Assembly (NCBI GenBank): GCA_951406725.2
Contig: OX597830.1
Location: 75,702,001 to 75,766,000, forward strand
From: Octopus vulgaris
Lineage: Eukaryota
Length of the DNA: 64,000 nt
Direction: 5' to 3'
Shown: positions 30,508-47,337 of the stretch, piece after piece
How the letters are laid out: the number at the start of each line of letters is the position of its first letter
How positions within the stretch are numbered: the stretch's first letter is position 1
Notes under the pieces: model-generated
The model's input: only the letters and a program-made list of their open reading frames with translations
Database searches by the model: none
What the model was told of the DNA's origin: nothing
Position numbers and translations under genes: made by a program

Positions 30508-30743
30508 ATAAAAGGCGGCGAGCTGGCAGAAACGTTAGCGCGCCGGACGAAATGCTGAGCGGTATTTCGTCTGCCGCTACGTTCTGAGTTCAAATTCCGC
30601 CGAGGTCGACTTTGCTTTTCATCCTTTCGGGGTCGATAAATTAAGTACCAGTTACGCACTGGGGTCGATGTAATCGACTTAATACCTATGTCTGTCCTTG
30701 TTTGTCCCCTCTATGTTTAGCCCCTTGTGGGTAATAAAGAAAT
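30508..30743 (+). mobile_element. Young full-length SINE family A with perfect 17-bp TSD
   Basis: aggtttctgcacaaagg at 30491-30507 and 30744-30760; intact A/B boxes. Confidence 0.95.
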
Positions 30744-30799
30744 AGGTTTCTGCACAAAGGTTTCTGCTTAAAACAAAGTTTTCATTAACACATGTATTT

Positions 30800-31521
30800 T
30801 TCGTTTTTCTTCTTCGTTATCCTCCTCCTCCTCCTCCTCATCATCATCATCATCATTATCATCGCTATTATCATCGTCATCATTGTGGTCATTTTCGTTG
30901 TAATCATCATCATCCCCATCATCATCATCATTGTCATCATTGTCATCATTGTTGTCGTCATCCTTGTCTTCCTCCTCGTCGACATCATCATCATCATCGT
31001 TATCATCCTCATCATCTTCATCACCATCATCATAATCATCATCGTCATCGTCATCACCATCATCATCACCATCATCATCATCATCACTATCACCATCATT
31101 ATCGCTATCATCATCGCCATCATTATCATCATTTTTTTTAGCTTCACCCTTATCCTGTTCATCCTCATCACCCACACCACCACTACCGTGATCATCATCA
31201 TCATCATTATAATCATCGTCATCATCATCGCCGTCGTCATCTTCATCGCTATCATCATTATCATTATCATCGTTGTAGTCGTCGTCTTCATCGTCAACAT
31301 CATCAGCATCATCATCAGCATCATCATCATCATCATCGTCATCAACGTAGCCAACATCATAACCGGACCGTCCTCAACGCAACCTCACCACAGCCGTACA
31401 CCACCATCTACACCCATTACACACACCTAAACGCCTAAACGCCTTCACACAGACTCACTTCATTGTCATCATCACCATGGTAACTGGTTGACATTGACAT
31501 TGTCTGTGATGTCGATGAAGT

Positions 31522-31574
<53 letters not shown>

Positions 31575-31803
31575 TCGATGAAGTTTATGATGATGATGAT
31601 GATGATGATGATGAAAAGGAGGATGAGGAAGTGGGAAGGAACAGGATGTCATTTCGATGAAGAACAGAAACTAAAACGAAATAATGAAAGCGTTTCATAG
31701 TGGTTGCTGTGATGTTGCTATTGTTGTTGCTGATGGTGATGGTGATGGAAGCATTGAGCGCATTTGCTGGTGATGGTGGTGGTGGTGGTGATGGTATTGT
31801 TGC

Positions 31804-31849
<46 letters not shown>

Positions 31850-33237
31850 GGTGGTGGTGGTGGTGGTGGTGGTGGTGGTGGTGGTGGTGGTGGTGGTGGA
31901 GTGTAGTGATGGTGGTGTTATTTGGATGCTATATTCTGGGAAGTTACCTTTAAATCCTATTCCTCCTTCTCCTTGCATGCATAAAACAATTTGGCCTTTC
32001 ATTCTTCACTTTCTTCTCATCAACAACAACGTTATTTCCTCATTGTCTTCATCTTCAGCTTCTTCTGTATCCTCATCAGAACCAGCAGCAGAAGCAGTTA
32101 TGGTAGTAGCAGTAGCAGCAGCACCAGTACCAGCATCCTCATCACTCTTCTAATCAGCATTATGATCATCATCTGTAATAGTAGCTATATATAATCGTCG
32201 TTGTCGTCATCATTATTACCGGAACCACCATACGCTCATCATCATCATCATCGTCATATCATCATCATCACCATCATCATCATCACCATCATCCTTATAA
32301 TTACTTTTACTCATCACTCCCATCATCGTCATCCTCTTTCTCATCATCATCCTCTTTCTCATCATCATCATCATCATCGCTTATGTTCATTGCTTATGCT
32401 CATCACTCTCATCATCATCATCATCATAATCGTAATCCTCCTCCTCGTCTTCATCATCATCATCTTCACCTATGCTCATCTCTTCTGCTCATCACCCACA
32501 TCACATACTATCATCATCTATACTCATCATCATCATCATCATCATCACCACCATCCTCACTTATGCTCATCGCTTATGCTCGTACCCATCATCATCATCA
32601 TCTTCGTCCCTATTATCATCATCATCATCATCATCTGCAACAGTAGCTTTGTCGTTCATTCTCAGAAGCATATTTTAAAGTGGAGTTGCTGGGGGCAATG
32701 TTATAGGAAAGGGGTAAGCATTCTGTTTTTTGGGGGTTTCTTTTTTTGTAGCATGCATGAAAGTATGTTGTTGTTGCCGTTGTTTGTGCTAATGTTGTTG
32801 TTGCTGCAACTGCTGCTGCTGCTGATGGTAGTTTTGGTGGTGGTGATGGTGGTGGTGGTGGTGCTGGTGGTGGTGGTGGTGGTGCTGTTGCTGCTGCTGC
32901 TGCTGGTACTGGTGGTGGTGGTGGTGGTGGTGGTGGTGGTGGTGGTGGTGGTGGTTTATGTGGTGGTGGTGGTGGCGGCGGTGGTGGTGGTGTTATGTGT
33001 TTGAGATAAATGGATGAATATACAAGCGAGTGTTTCTGCTTTTGTTGTTGTCCTTATTGTTACTGAATATATTGTTGTTGCCTTCTGTTTGTTATTGTTA
33101 TTGTTGTTGTTATTGTTGTTGTTGTTGTTGTTGTTGTAGCCGATATTGCAGTAGATATGTACCGGCAGTTTGCTTGTATTTTTGTTTCTCCTATTGTCAC
33201 CATCTTCATTTGATGATGATTTTCTTGTTGTTGCTGC

Positions 33238-33277
<40 letters not shown>

Positions 33278-33330
33278 CCTGCTGTCATTGTTGCAGCTCT
33301 CATTCATGTTATTGCCGTTGTTGTTATTGT
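30800..33330. repeat. Compound trinucleotide low-complexity block (CAT/ATG, GGT, GTT)
   Basis: Directly visible; source of many spurious ORFs. Confidence 0.93.
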
Positions 33331-33675
33331 TACGTTCTTTTGTTTGATTTCTTTAAATTTTTATTCTTTATATATATATCTACTTTTGTTTTCCTTCTTT
33401 TAAATTTCGTCTTTGTGTCTTTCGTTTTTCATACCCCTACCCCCTCGCTCCTTTCGCACAAACCTACCATTCTTTCTCTTAAATTTTAATGCCTGCTACT
33501 CTTTAAAAAAAAAAAAACAACACACACACACACAAAGAAAAAAAGAGGAATTTCACAGATATGTATGTTGTGTTTTGAGAAGGGAGGATGTGTGTAGAAT
33601 ATAGAACACAAAATTTAAATAATATACATGACATTTTTTTAAAAATTATAACAGATTCATATAATATACATACAA

Positions 33676-33709
<34 letters not shown>

Positions 33710-33747
33710 GTGTGTGTGTGTGTGTGTGATGTGTGTAAATATATATA

Positions 33748-33783
<36 letters not shown>

Positions 33784-34449
33784 CATACACACACACATAT
33801 ATATATATGTATGTATGTATGTGTGTGTGTACACATAACTAAGAATATGAAAATACATTTATATATGTGTTGTGTGTGTGCAAACATGTGTGTCTGTGTA
33901 TGCATGTATGTATGTATCTATGTATGTATGATAAGTTTGGGGTTTTTTTTTGTTGTTGAAAACAAAAAATATATGGAAAATATAAAGAAATAACAATACC
34001 GCTTGTATTGTGGTTTTGATGTTCTTTCTTTCAGGAATGGAATTTTTTCCTTTTAGTTTTTTTTTTTTTATCGGTTCATTCATTCATTCATTCATTCACT
34101 CATTCATTCATTTTGTTCAATTATTTATTTATTTATTTATTGGCGGGGTGGGGGTGCGAAAGTTTTGGGCTGTATCTGATTTGATAATATGATATCATTC
34201 TTTGCCGCCACGAAAAGCCCACCACCACCATGTCACAGCCACCGCCACCACATAACCACCATCACCACCACCACCACCACCCTTCCACAGTCATTTACTA
34301 CTGCTACTACTGCCACTACTTCTACATTCGCTACTACAACTACTACTACTACCAATACTAGTACTCCATGTTTTTGACATTTACTTTGTTTTAGTCAACC
34401 GCGACGCTTTTTAAAGTAAATTTCTATCCCTTCTTCTACGATTTGTGTG

Positions 34450-35640
<1,191 letters not shown>

Positions 35641-35766
35641 ATTAACAACAATTATTGCCATTATCATTATCATTGAACTCTAATAGAATTTAAACACCAT
35701 AAACCATATATTATTCATCCTTTTACTTCCATCAGTGAATATTATTCGAAATATTTCTCACAGAAA

Positions 35767-35834
35767 TACATACACACATACATACATACATACATACATA
35801 CATACATACATACATACATACATACATACATACA

Positions 35835-35896
<62 letters not shown>

Positions 35897-35943
35897 CACA
35901 CATACATACATACATACATACATACATACACACATACATACAC

Positions 35944-35976
<33 letters not shown>

Positions 35977-35978
35977 CA

Positions 35979-36012
<34 letters not shown>

Positions 36013-36050
36013 CACACATACATACATACATACATACATACATACATACA

Positions 36051-36084
<34 letters not shown>

Positions 36085-36110
36085 CATACATACATACATG
36101 CATACATACA
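35767..36110. repeat. (TACA)n tetranucleotide array
   Basis: Directly visible. Confidence 0.97.
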
Positions 36111-36200
36111 TAAATATATACATATATACATGCATGCATATATACACACACTTACACAAATGTGCACTCATATGGTGAAACACAGGAAAATAGAACTCAA

Positions 36201-36233
<33 letters not shown>

Positions 36234-36521
36234 TTATGTATACATGCAGTGCAGTATTATATGCGTACATAAATGTACATATATATGTGTGTGTGTTTGT
36301 GAGTGTGTGTATACACATACATAAAATATATACCTATAGTTTAACCATAGATACATGAATGTGTCCAGGCATACAAATTTGTATATATAATATACATACA
36401 TATATATGAGTGTGTTCTTATATATAAATGTATATATGTACCTATATAAATATGTACATTTATTTTACATACACACACATGTGTATATATGTGTGTGTGC
36501 GTGTGTATAAACATATATACG

Positions 36522-36563
<42 letters not shown>

Positions 36564-36933
36564 TGTATATATTTATGTATAAAACAAACAGGAAACAGCG
36601 ATAAAAAACGAATACAAAATGTTTGTTTTATGCCTAATTCTAGATTACATCCATTAGGTAGGTTAAAACAACAAATAGGAGGGTTTTCCAAACCAAAACC
36701 ACAATGTGTGTTACTGAGAGATTTCATGTCAACAAAAATATTCTGCTAGGCCAAGATTATATTTCACTATGTGTACGCTTCTAAATATTTATTTAGTAAA
36801 TCATTAGTTGACACTTCCGGTAGTTTGGGCGGCACTATGTTCCATTGTTGGTTATAAATAAGTAGAAACTATAGAGTTCTCTTTTTCAGTTACTCGTTAG
36901 TCAAAATCGAGTATTACTATGTTTTCATTAACT

Positions 36934-37905
36934 AAAGCGGTGAGGTGGTAGGGCTGTTAGCGCCCTTGATCAAAATAATTTAGTTTTTTTGGTTTCCCTT
37001 TTATTATTTACTGGCTCTTTACTTCCTGAGTATTCCAGTACTGTTGAGGCCAACGTTACTAATCCCTCTTGTGTAGTTGATAAAGTACCAATTGAGTACT
37101 GTGATCAATCTAATCAGCTAATCTATTTCCTTAACATTGCCAGCCTAGTGCCAAAACTCTGAACCATAATTATTTCATCAACTATCACGATGTGGTGGCA
37201 GAACTGTTAGCACGCTAGACAAAACGTTTAGTGGCATTTCTTGCGACTTTACATTCTGAGTCTAAGTTCACTGAAGACGATTTTGCCTTTCGTTTTTCAG
37301 GATCGAACACACACTGAAGTCAGTCTAATCGACTAGATCTGCCCTGAAAATTTCCGTCCTTGTTCACATGATAGAAAGGATTTATGTTTGACTTTTACTC
37401 AAGGAGAGAAAGCAACGCAAGTGGATATTTATATGATCTCGTAGACTGTTCCAAGAGAGAGAGAGCGATGTTAGGTGAAGCGAATTTTCAAATCAATAGT
37501 CTTACCGGAAAGCTAAGAGCATCTAAGGATCCAAGTGTTAGTGTTTAACTGAGATCCGGATGAAGTGTACTATCCATGTAGACCATGATACGATTTAGAA
37601 TGAGAACGCAGCGATACGATATATGAAAAAACACAAGTTATCGGCTCCAACGTTGCTATTGTTCCGCTTGTCCATTCACCTGGTAATTCTGGACGTTGTA
37701 AAAATATCCCCCTTATTCTCTGCAGTTTCATGTTCATCAAGAACCGTTAATGCGTCGGACAATATGCTTAGCGCCGAGGTTGACTTTGCCTTTCATCCTC
37801 TCTGGGTCAATAAAATGAATACCAATCGAGCATTGGGGTTGGTGTAATAGACTTGACATCTCCCTTCGAAATTGCTGCCCTGGTGTCAAAATTTGAAAAC
37901 AATAT
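36934..37905 (+). mobile_element. Three highly diverged SINE family A copies (~36934-37170, 37190-37380, 37735-37905)
   Basis: Remnants such as ggtggcagaactgttagcacgc, ttttgccttt and gccgaggttgactttgcctttcatcc. Confidence 0.7.
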
Positions 37906-38226
37906 TATCATTTTTTATCAAGTATTTCATAAAAATTTAATGGTATAAAAAATCTTATTTTATATTAATTTACTTTTTGAGAACTATCTTCCACAAAGTC
38001 AAGAAACATAATTCTATGTAATAATTCTAGCAATCCTATCCCTTAAATTTCGACGCACGACAATATTATATTTCTAATGATGATCCTAAATAAGGCTAAA
38101 TCGCAATTTTAGTTGCATCACAGATTTCAACTTACCTAAAATTTTAATTAAATTTGCAATCATTAAAATTCTTTCACAGTATTAACTATCATTTATCGTG
38201 TAAGTGGTGAACGAACATTGTATAAA

Positions 38227-39173
<947 letters not shown>

Positions 39174-39194
39174 AAAAAATATATATATATATAT

Positions 39195-39405
<211 letters not shown>

Positions 39406-39596
39406 TGCTGAAACACCCTTCGGTCATGACTGACCATGGGATTTCACCTAGAAAGTTACCCTCCAAGGCACAACTCCAGGCAAGGTTGTTTATGGAAGAC
39501 CATCAGTCGCCCATGCATAACAGCCTCACCTCTCCACGCCACCATTGTTATCCAAGTAAAAGGCAAGGACCGATACAGCTTGGCACATATATATAT

Positions 39597-39990
39597 TCTT
39601 TTTTATTCTTTTATTCTTTTATTTGTTTCAGTCATTTGACTGCGGCCTTTCTGGAGCACCGCCTTTAGTTGAGCTAATCGATCCTAGGACTGATTTTTGT
39701 ATGCCTAGTACTTATTCTATCGGTATATTTTGCCGAACCGCTATATTGCGAGGACATCAACACACCAGCATCGGCTGTCAAACACAGACACACAAACATA
39801 TACATATATACATATATATAGATATATACGACGGGCTTCTTTCAGTTTCCGTTTACCAAATTCACTCACAAGGCTTTGGTCGGCTCGAGGCTATAGTAGA
39901 AGACACTGGCTCAAGGTAACTCGCAGTGGGACTGAATCCGGAACCATGTGGCCGGTAAGCTAGCTACTTACCACACAGACAATCCTGCGC
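39597..39990 (-). mobile_element. Full-length SINE family B
   Basis: Reverse complement aligns with 16682-17128 from head to tail. Confidence 0.9.
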
Positions 39991-40020
39991 ATATATATAT
40001 ACATATATATATATGTGTGT

Positions 40021-40082
<62 letters not shown>

Positions 40083-40962
40083 CATTGATAACTGGAAATA
40101 ATCTACATTTTAAGCAAATTGACATTCTCTTTCCTCACTCTCTCTCTCACACGCTTTCTCTCATCCTCTTTTCACTACTACTACTACCCACCAACACCAC
40201 CACCACTGCTGCTGCTGCTGTTATTACTTCTATCAAGAAATATGAAATTCTATTTAGATAATAATCTGGCATATAAGTTGAGATTATACTTTACTTCAGT
40301 TGATGATTCTAAATAAGGGTGAAATACGCCGAATTATCTCCCATTATTCAAAAAATTATGATATATATTAAGTACTGTTTGTAATTTGTTTTATTTTTGC
40401 GTACCATATTTGATCTTGGTTCAGCGTTGTTATTTTATTTTATTTTTATACTTTTTTTCTGATTTGGTTTTGGTTTGCTTTGTATTGTTATATTTTTGTT
40501 TGTTTGTTTTTTTGTCTCATTTTGTTCATATATGAAGCATAAAAAATATTTTTACCCACTGAACTATAACTTAATATTGCATTTTCTCTTTTTTTACCTA
40601 TCATGGATTCCAACGAAGGAAATACTCTAATACTCTCATAGTACAAACTACATTACCCCCGCAAAAGGTAAAGGCGAAATCTAGCCATGGACAATAAATA
40701 TGATAGATGCGCCATCTGATAGAGGGAAGATATAATGGATGGACGATCTAAAGTGTTACTCAAGCATATTTAGGCAGATTGTCTCACTGAGATTATTTGT
40801 TCCATAACGCATTAGTTGATAGACACGCATCAGTGGCCAGTGATGACTTCTTACATTGTATTTGCGACAAATCATTCAGGTGGAAATCGTACTTGTCCAA
40901 GATGTGCGCAAACACACACACACAGACACAAACTCACACACATATACATACATACATACATA

Positions 40963-41033
<71 letters not shown>

Positions 41034-41568
41034 TATATGCATATATACATATATTCATACACAAATACCTATGTGTGTGTTTTGTGTGAGTCTCTGTGTG
41101 TCTGTGTGTTTGTTATTTGAGTATTTCGGTAAACCACATATAAATAATATATACATTTTAACGTATTTTAAGTAAGTTTTTAAACAGTGATCTTCAGAGT
41201 TTCGGAAATCAGGATACGCGACGCGTGCAGACACACACACACACACACACACACACGCAGACATATATATACAGAAACATACACGTGTATGTATGTATAT
41301 ATATATATATATATATAGGTATATGTGTGTGTAAGTTTGTGTGTGTATATATATATATATATAACTCTATGCTTGGAATGACTAAATTAAAATACTATTG
41401 GAACTTATTCACAACGTACAGGAAACTTATATGTTTACCATTCTGCCTAAATAATAGAACTTCAGATACAATATCCCTGCATATCTCACATCTGTTTTCA
41501 TTCCTCTACTTCACTCTCTATTTCATATCTACTCTAGAATAACTATTGCTTAACAATTATCTCACACC

Positions 41569-41616
41569 GTCCCCGATGAAGGGATATATAAAATATCCTG
41601 GAAACAGGAGTAGGAC
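41569..41616 (+). ncRNA. Type I hammerhead motif (U4C core) inside a ~470-bp (TA)n-flanked insert (~41363-41835)
   Basis: gtcc CCGATGA a-gggatat-ataaa-atatcct-g GAA A-C-agga-G-T A ggac. Confidence 0.7.
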
Positions 41617-43199
41617 CTTCTCTTTATAAATGTTCTGGAATCTTTCACACCCTTGGATTTTTATCCCATTCGGTTAATTTTTTATATATACTCATGCTGA
41701 TATATCACCTACGTTGGACTCCTCATTCTCATAATCACCGAACGTGGAGCTTAACTATAGTCCGTCCATAGCACTTACTCAGCACTTACCTGACACCTTT
41801 GGGTCTTCTTGACACCATTACCTCTCATAACCTATGTATATATATATATACATAGGTGATATATATATGTACTACCGTCGTTGCCTGATAATTTTTACAA
41901 CAGAAAGCATTTTAGTTTATTCCATGTTAGACCATGCCTTCTACGACAGATAAGACTCTTGATCTGGACAGGTTTGTGCAAGTTTCAGCTAAAAAAATTA
42001 TTGGGGATTTTTCTCCTCTTCAAATTATTTACAAGTCTCTTCTACCGTTTCACATGAAAAGGATGAAAGTAAATACAGAGTGTAGATTATTTCAAGAAAA
42101 GTGTTCCATTTACAGTCCATGTGTTCGTTTCACGTGCGAACTTTCTCTTAATTCATATCTTAAAGACTAGAATCTATACATTGATTAAGACAGTACGAGA
42201 TACACTTTGACTGTAAAATAACCGATCGGGTCAAGCATCGTTCTCGTATAAAAATATCAGAAGAAGGGTATAGAGTTTATCCAAATATACCCCTACTAAT
42301 GTAACTAAGTTAATTTTACCTGAAATGGCCTGATAATTCTAATTTGGATTGTTAGATATCATTGTGCAGACATTGATAATTGTGTGAGAATAGCACTAAT
42401 AACTAAATGGATAGAATGAGGAATAAAAAGTCGAGAGGTATGTGTCACGATTTTTAGTCGCCAAAGTGTTGATCTATGTTTTAAATCTTAAGTTAACGTT
42501 TAACCGAGTGGTGAATAAGCTCCTCGTTTTTGTTGTGCTATTCAATTAATCATCAGATTTTGAGTTGAGTTCGCCAATTTAAATTAAAGGAATTACGTGC
42601 CACGACTGGTAGGCACATTGTAAGGCAACTGAAATTGGCTAGCAGGGTTTTGTCGCGCAGTCGTTCTGCAGAACACTGACTTGACTTGGAGTTACTTGTC
42701 AAGCAAATGTAGAGGGCCATAAATTGCATGTTTGAAGCGGCAGAAAAAAACTACTAGGTGGTTTGGGATGAAGAGAACGGGCCACTAGTTGGTGTGGCAT
42801 AAAGATAATGGGAAAGAAACTGGGACTCCTCCACTCAGTCTATGTCACCTGCACAGAATAGCCTGAAGCTTAAAAACCACAGAACACCCTGAAACACCAG
42901 AGATGTAACTGATAAAGCATTCCAGAACACCAATGACATTTATCTTGGAACTAAAAGTGCTAGAGGGAACTAAATAGAAGAGATTCGGATTATATGATTT
43001 GGTTGTAAAATAGAGCACATTTAGTGAGAATGTCACGCCAACAAATCACCTGCCATTGTCATCAAAGGTTAGATTTAACATGAGTCGCAATTTCTTTTAG
43101 ATGATGTACAAAATGTTTATGCAAACCATTTTCGATGATCAACAAGTAAGCTTTTGAATTATATATATATAACTTCTTTATAAATGATAAATATAAGAG

Positions 43200-43259
<60 letters not shown>

Positions 43260-43728
43260 GTGCACAATGACGTGTGTATATGTAAAACTTCATATATACA
43301 TATTTATTCATACATACACACACACATATATCTATATATATATACGTTTACATATATGTGTACACACACACATACACATGCGCGCGCACGCCACAAGGAC
43401 TCACACACACACATATGTGTGTGTATGTGTGTGTACATTTAATGAAGTGTGTTTCCATTTTTAATGAAATATACGTGAAAAAAAAATGACACTTTTTCGG
43501 AAAACAATACATATATACCTTTTTTGAAATATCCAAAATCAAAATGTCGAAAAGATGTTAATTTAATAAAAATTGTGTCATTGTGGGCCAAAATATTTCG
43601 TTACGCCAGGAAGCGAATTTCACGGTTTCTTGGACTGTGAAATAGCAACAAATATTTATAATCCCAATTATATGTTTTTCTATAAGGTATAGATTTACAT
43701 AGACAAACCCACACTTACAATCACAGTT

Positions 43729-44133
<405 letters not shown>

Positions 44134-44615
44134 GGTGCAAGTACGCACATATGTATGCAAAGGAGTACATACACGCAACGTGACAGAAATCAAAATACGC
44201 GCAGCCATATATATATATTACACAACTATAACACGTAAGAACAGAAGTACATATATATGCAAGCTCACATCATTTGTATATAAATAAGTAATGTATATAT
44301 ATATAATGCAAGCATGAAAGCGCGTTGTTTACAATATATATGTGTGTGTTTGTGATTGTGTATGTCTGTGTATGTGTATCAGTGTGTGTGTGTGTGTGTA
44401 TGCCTATACATGTGAAATATTGGAAACAGAGAGAAAATAGACATTTTCATAAATACAGGCATACATCCATACGTATGTGCCACGGAAAAAGTATTCTTCA
44501 TATATATGGGGAGGGGAAGAATTTGGTGATATATATATAAAATATATATATATAAATATATATATATATAAGATATATGTATATATATACATCAGATATA
44601 TAGATAGATAGATAA

Positions 44616-44678
<63 letters not shown>

Positions 44679-46299
44679 CATACATACATACATACATACA
44701 TACATACATACATACATACATACACATATACATGCATACATAGAAATCATTAGAATGCTGGATAAATGATGTCTCATATATTCCGGCTCTACGTTTTGTG
44801 TTCCAATCCCAAGAAGGTTGACTCTGCTTTTCGTCCTCCTAGAAGTAACTTAATCGATTACAAGTCTGCCAATCTATTCAACATCATTATAAAAACTTTC
44901 TTGTCAAGCCACTATTGTTAAACTAACTCAGCTTCGACTGATTTTTCAACATCCGTGACCTGTAGTCGAACATATAACAGAAATGTATTGTATGGGCAAC
45001 TAATGGCCTTCGGTACAATTTTGCTTATACCTGCTTATGTCAATCTCGGGAACACTCTAGTATCGTTCCCCATGTTATACAGATATAAAATGGAGTAAGT
45101 CTTTCAAGGTTCAGAGCCAACAAGACATGAATTATATATCATAATGTTTAACTATTGAGGTCACACATTCTTTGTTTTCATGTAAAGCGTTCTGCGATGT
45201 TAATATTTTAACGAACCCAAAATTCACATACTAAGCAGTTGTCAAAACTGATGTAGCCACACCCAGCTTAATACATCGACTGACTTGGATCTGTGAGTCT
45301 GCCAACCAAAACTACGATGGTGCAGCATCGACCTGTGCATCTGTGGGCATTATCACGACTTCAAAACAAGAGCTGTAAAAGCTTTAGGAATTGGCAGGTC
45401 TATCAAGCAAACAAAAGATTGATATGGTACGCATTAAATAATCGTAGAATAATTTGAAATAATCGATAATAATACTACAGTAATTTATGTCGGAAATGAG
45501 TGCCAAACATATTTTCCTTCATCTCTAACATTCGTCCAAGAAATAATCGGTTTCCTTACAGCCACAAATATGACTAGTGCTTCGTAAAGCTCTAATACAG
45601 ATTTTCTTTGATATCTTTTGTGCATGTGATACGCGACTACACATTCTTTGCTTCTATATACTTACTGCGAATGATAATAGAAAGTAGCTTATTGGACATC
45701 TGTTTTATGTCACAGATACATTTGTGAGCAAGGTCTCCCATCGAGACTTAATTATAATAACCAGAACTTCTTTCTCTTCGCAATAAACCTTCTTTTTGTT
45801 CCAAGCATTCCCATCTTACCAAGTATAAATGCAGGGGACTTTTATTATTAAGTACAGTATTCCATCGTCTTTTGTTGCTTTAATGACTGTTTTTTTCTTT
45901 TTCTCGACAAATACAATGCAGATTAATTTCATTCTTGGGCCCACAAGGAATAAAATTCAGTTTGACTTACATCTGAACACATCAACGCTGCAAAGGCTAA
46001 GAAACGAAAGGGAAGACTCTTGGACCGAAATGCATTCGATCTAATCTATTTTGTACTTGTACATTTTCTTTAAAGATATAAATACTAAAGAGAACAGCAA
46101 CAGTAAAGAAATTTTGCTGATTATTACAACATACCAACGTGACAAGTTTTTTTCTTTTTTTGGTAGAGTATTTGATAAGACCTCGCTTTTCAACTTCATT
46201 GTAAATCTTTCGCAGAAAATGATACACCGTGTGACTAAAATATGACGCTTGAAGTAAAATCAGATGACGATCCTGCAGTAATTCAAGTGTGACATTTAA

Positions 46300-47040
46300 A
46301 ACAAGTTACAGCGATGCCCTCCACATTTCAAAGTCTTGAGTTTAGAACATGAACAATAAACTAGCTATGAACGACAAAGTGAAGAAATGTTGGAAGAATT
46401 AACCAGTGAAGTCACTGAGCATTATAAAGCTGGACGAACACAGGCGATTCGGAAAGGCGTTGATAAGATCACTGGCATAAAAACAAAAGAAATTTCACTT
46501 GGGACGGTAGACCCCGCTGCAGATTACCATACCAAAGCTTCAGCTCGACTTTAAAAACTTATTAAATGTTCCAACAACGATCAACTTGGAATCGATTAAG
46601 GATCTACCTCATGCTCCTTAAATATCCACCGAACCAGTCAGAAAGAAAGGAATTAAAGAGAGCGACAAGTGCAACAGTTCGTGCGAAAGCTGCTGAACCA
46701 GAAGAAATCTTATAAGCTGTGCAACGATTTTTTCCCCTTTGCCAAACATCTCTTAGCAGTTATGTATTCGGTATTCATTTGAGATGATCAAGCAAAAGAA
46801 TGGAGAAAATCTATAATAGATGTATCACCAAAGAGTAAATCAAAACGAAAGAGAGAGAAAAAAAAACGGCCTTCCAGGAAATGAAAGAGGATTATCATAC
46901 ATAATGTGCACTGGTGTGAAACACTTTAATTTAGTGTTGTTCACAAAAATAAGGGAATCGATTCGAAGTTTTCAGTCCAGCTTCAGGCCAAACAGAAATA
47001 CTGTTGAATATATTTTAACGTATAAACAAAAACATGTGTA
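46300..47040 (+). mobile_element. Decayed RTE-type LINE reverse transcriptase N-terminal region
   Basis: EWRKSII..PK..LPGNERGLSYIMCTGVKHFNLVLFTKIRESIRSFQSSFRPNRNTVEYIL corresponds to WxxxxI.PK..NYRGISL..K..QxGFRxxRST. Confidence 0.75.
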
Positions 47041-47190
47041 AGAGTACAACAATACAAAACATGCTTTGTTACTATAACGTACCAAGCTCGTTCATTTATA
47101 CTGTTATATCATTGTGCGGATACATGCTGGTGACGAGGCTCAAAAAAGTAGAACTACCTTACAACCATATCCGCCACCGCTGTTGAAGGG

Positions 47191-47337
47191 TTTTTCTCGT
47201 CTGGTACTGATTTTTCGTCTGGTACGGATTTTTCGTCTGGTACTGATTTTTCGTCTGGTACTGATTTTTCGTCTGGTACTGATTTTCGTCTGGTACTGGT
47301 TTTGTCTGGTACTGGTTTTGTCTGGTACTGGTTTTGT
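47191..47337. repeat. Minisatellite of 8 units, (t)4-5(c)gtctggtactg(a/g), 18 shrinking to 16 bp
   Basis: ctggtac at 47201, 47219, 47237, 47255, 47273, 47290, 47306 and 47322. Confidence 0.95.

Noticed and set aside
30508-30610. tRNA genes at A/B-box sequences
   Set aside because: They are SINE heads followed by SINE bodies and TSDs, with no full cloverleaf.
30768-33004. Acidic, His-rich and hydrophobic ORFs
   Set aside because: Compound trinucleotide microsatellite with no domain structure.
45600-45950. Possible minus-strand LINE RT C-terminal remnant
   Set aside because: Only a vague YLG-like match after frameshifts, too degraded to support by eye.
47191-47337. CRISPR-like repeat array
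   Set aside because: No unique spacers, eukaryotic context and no cas genes.
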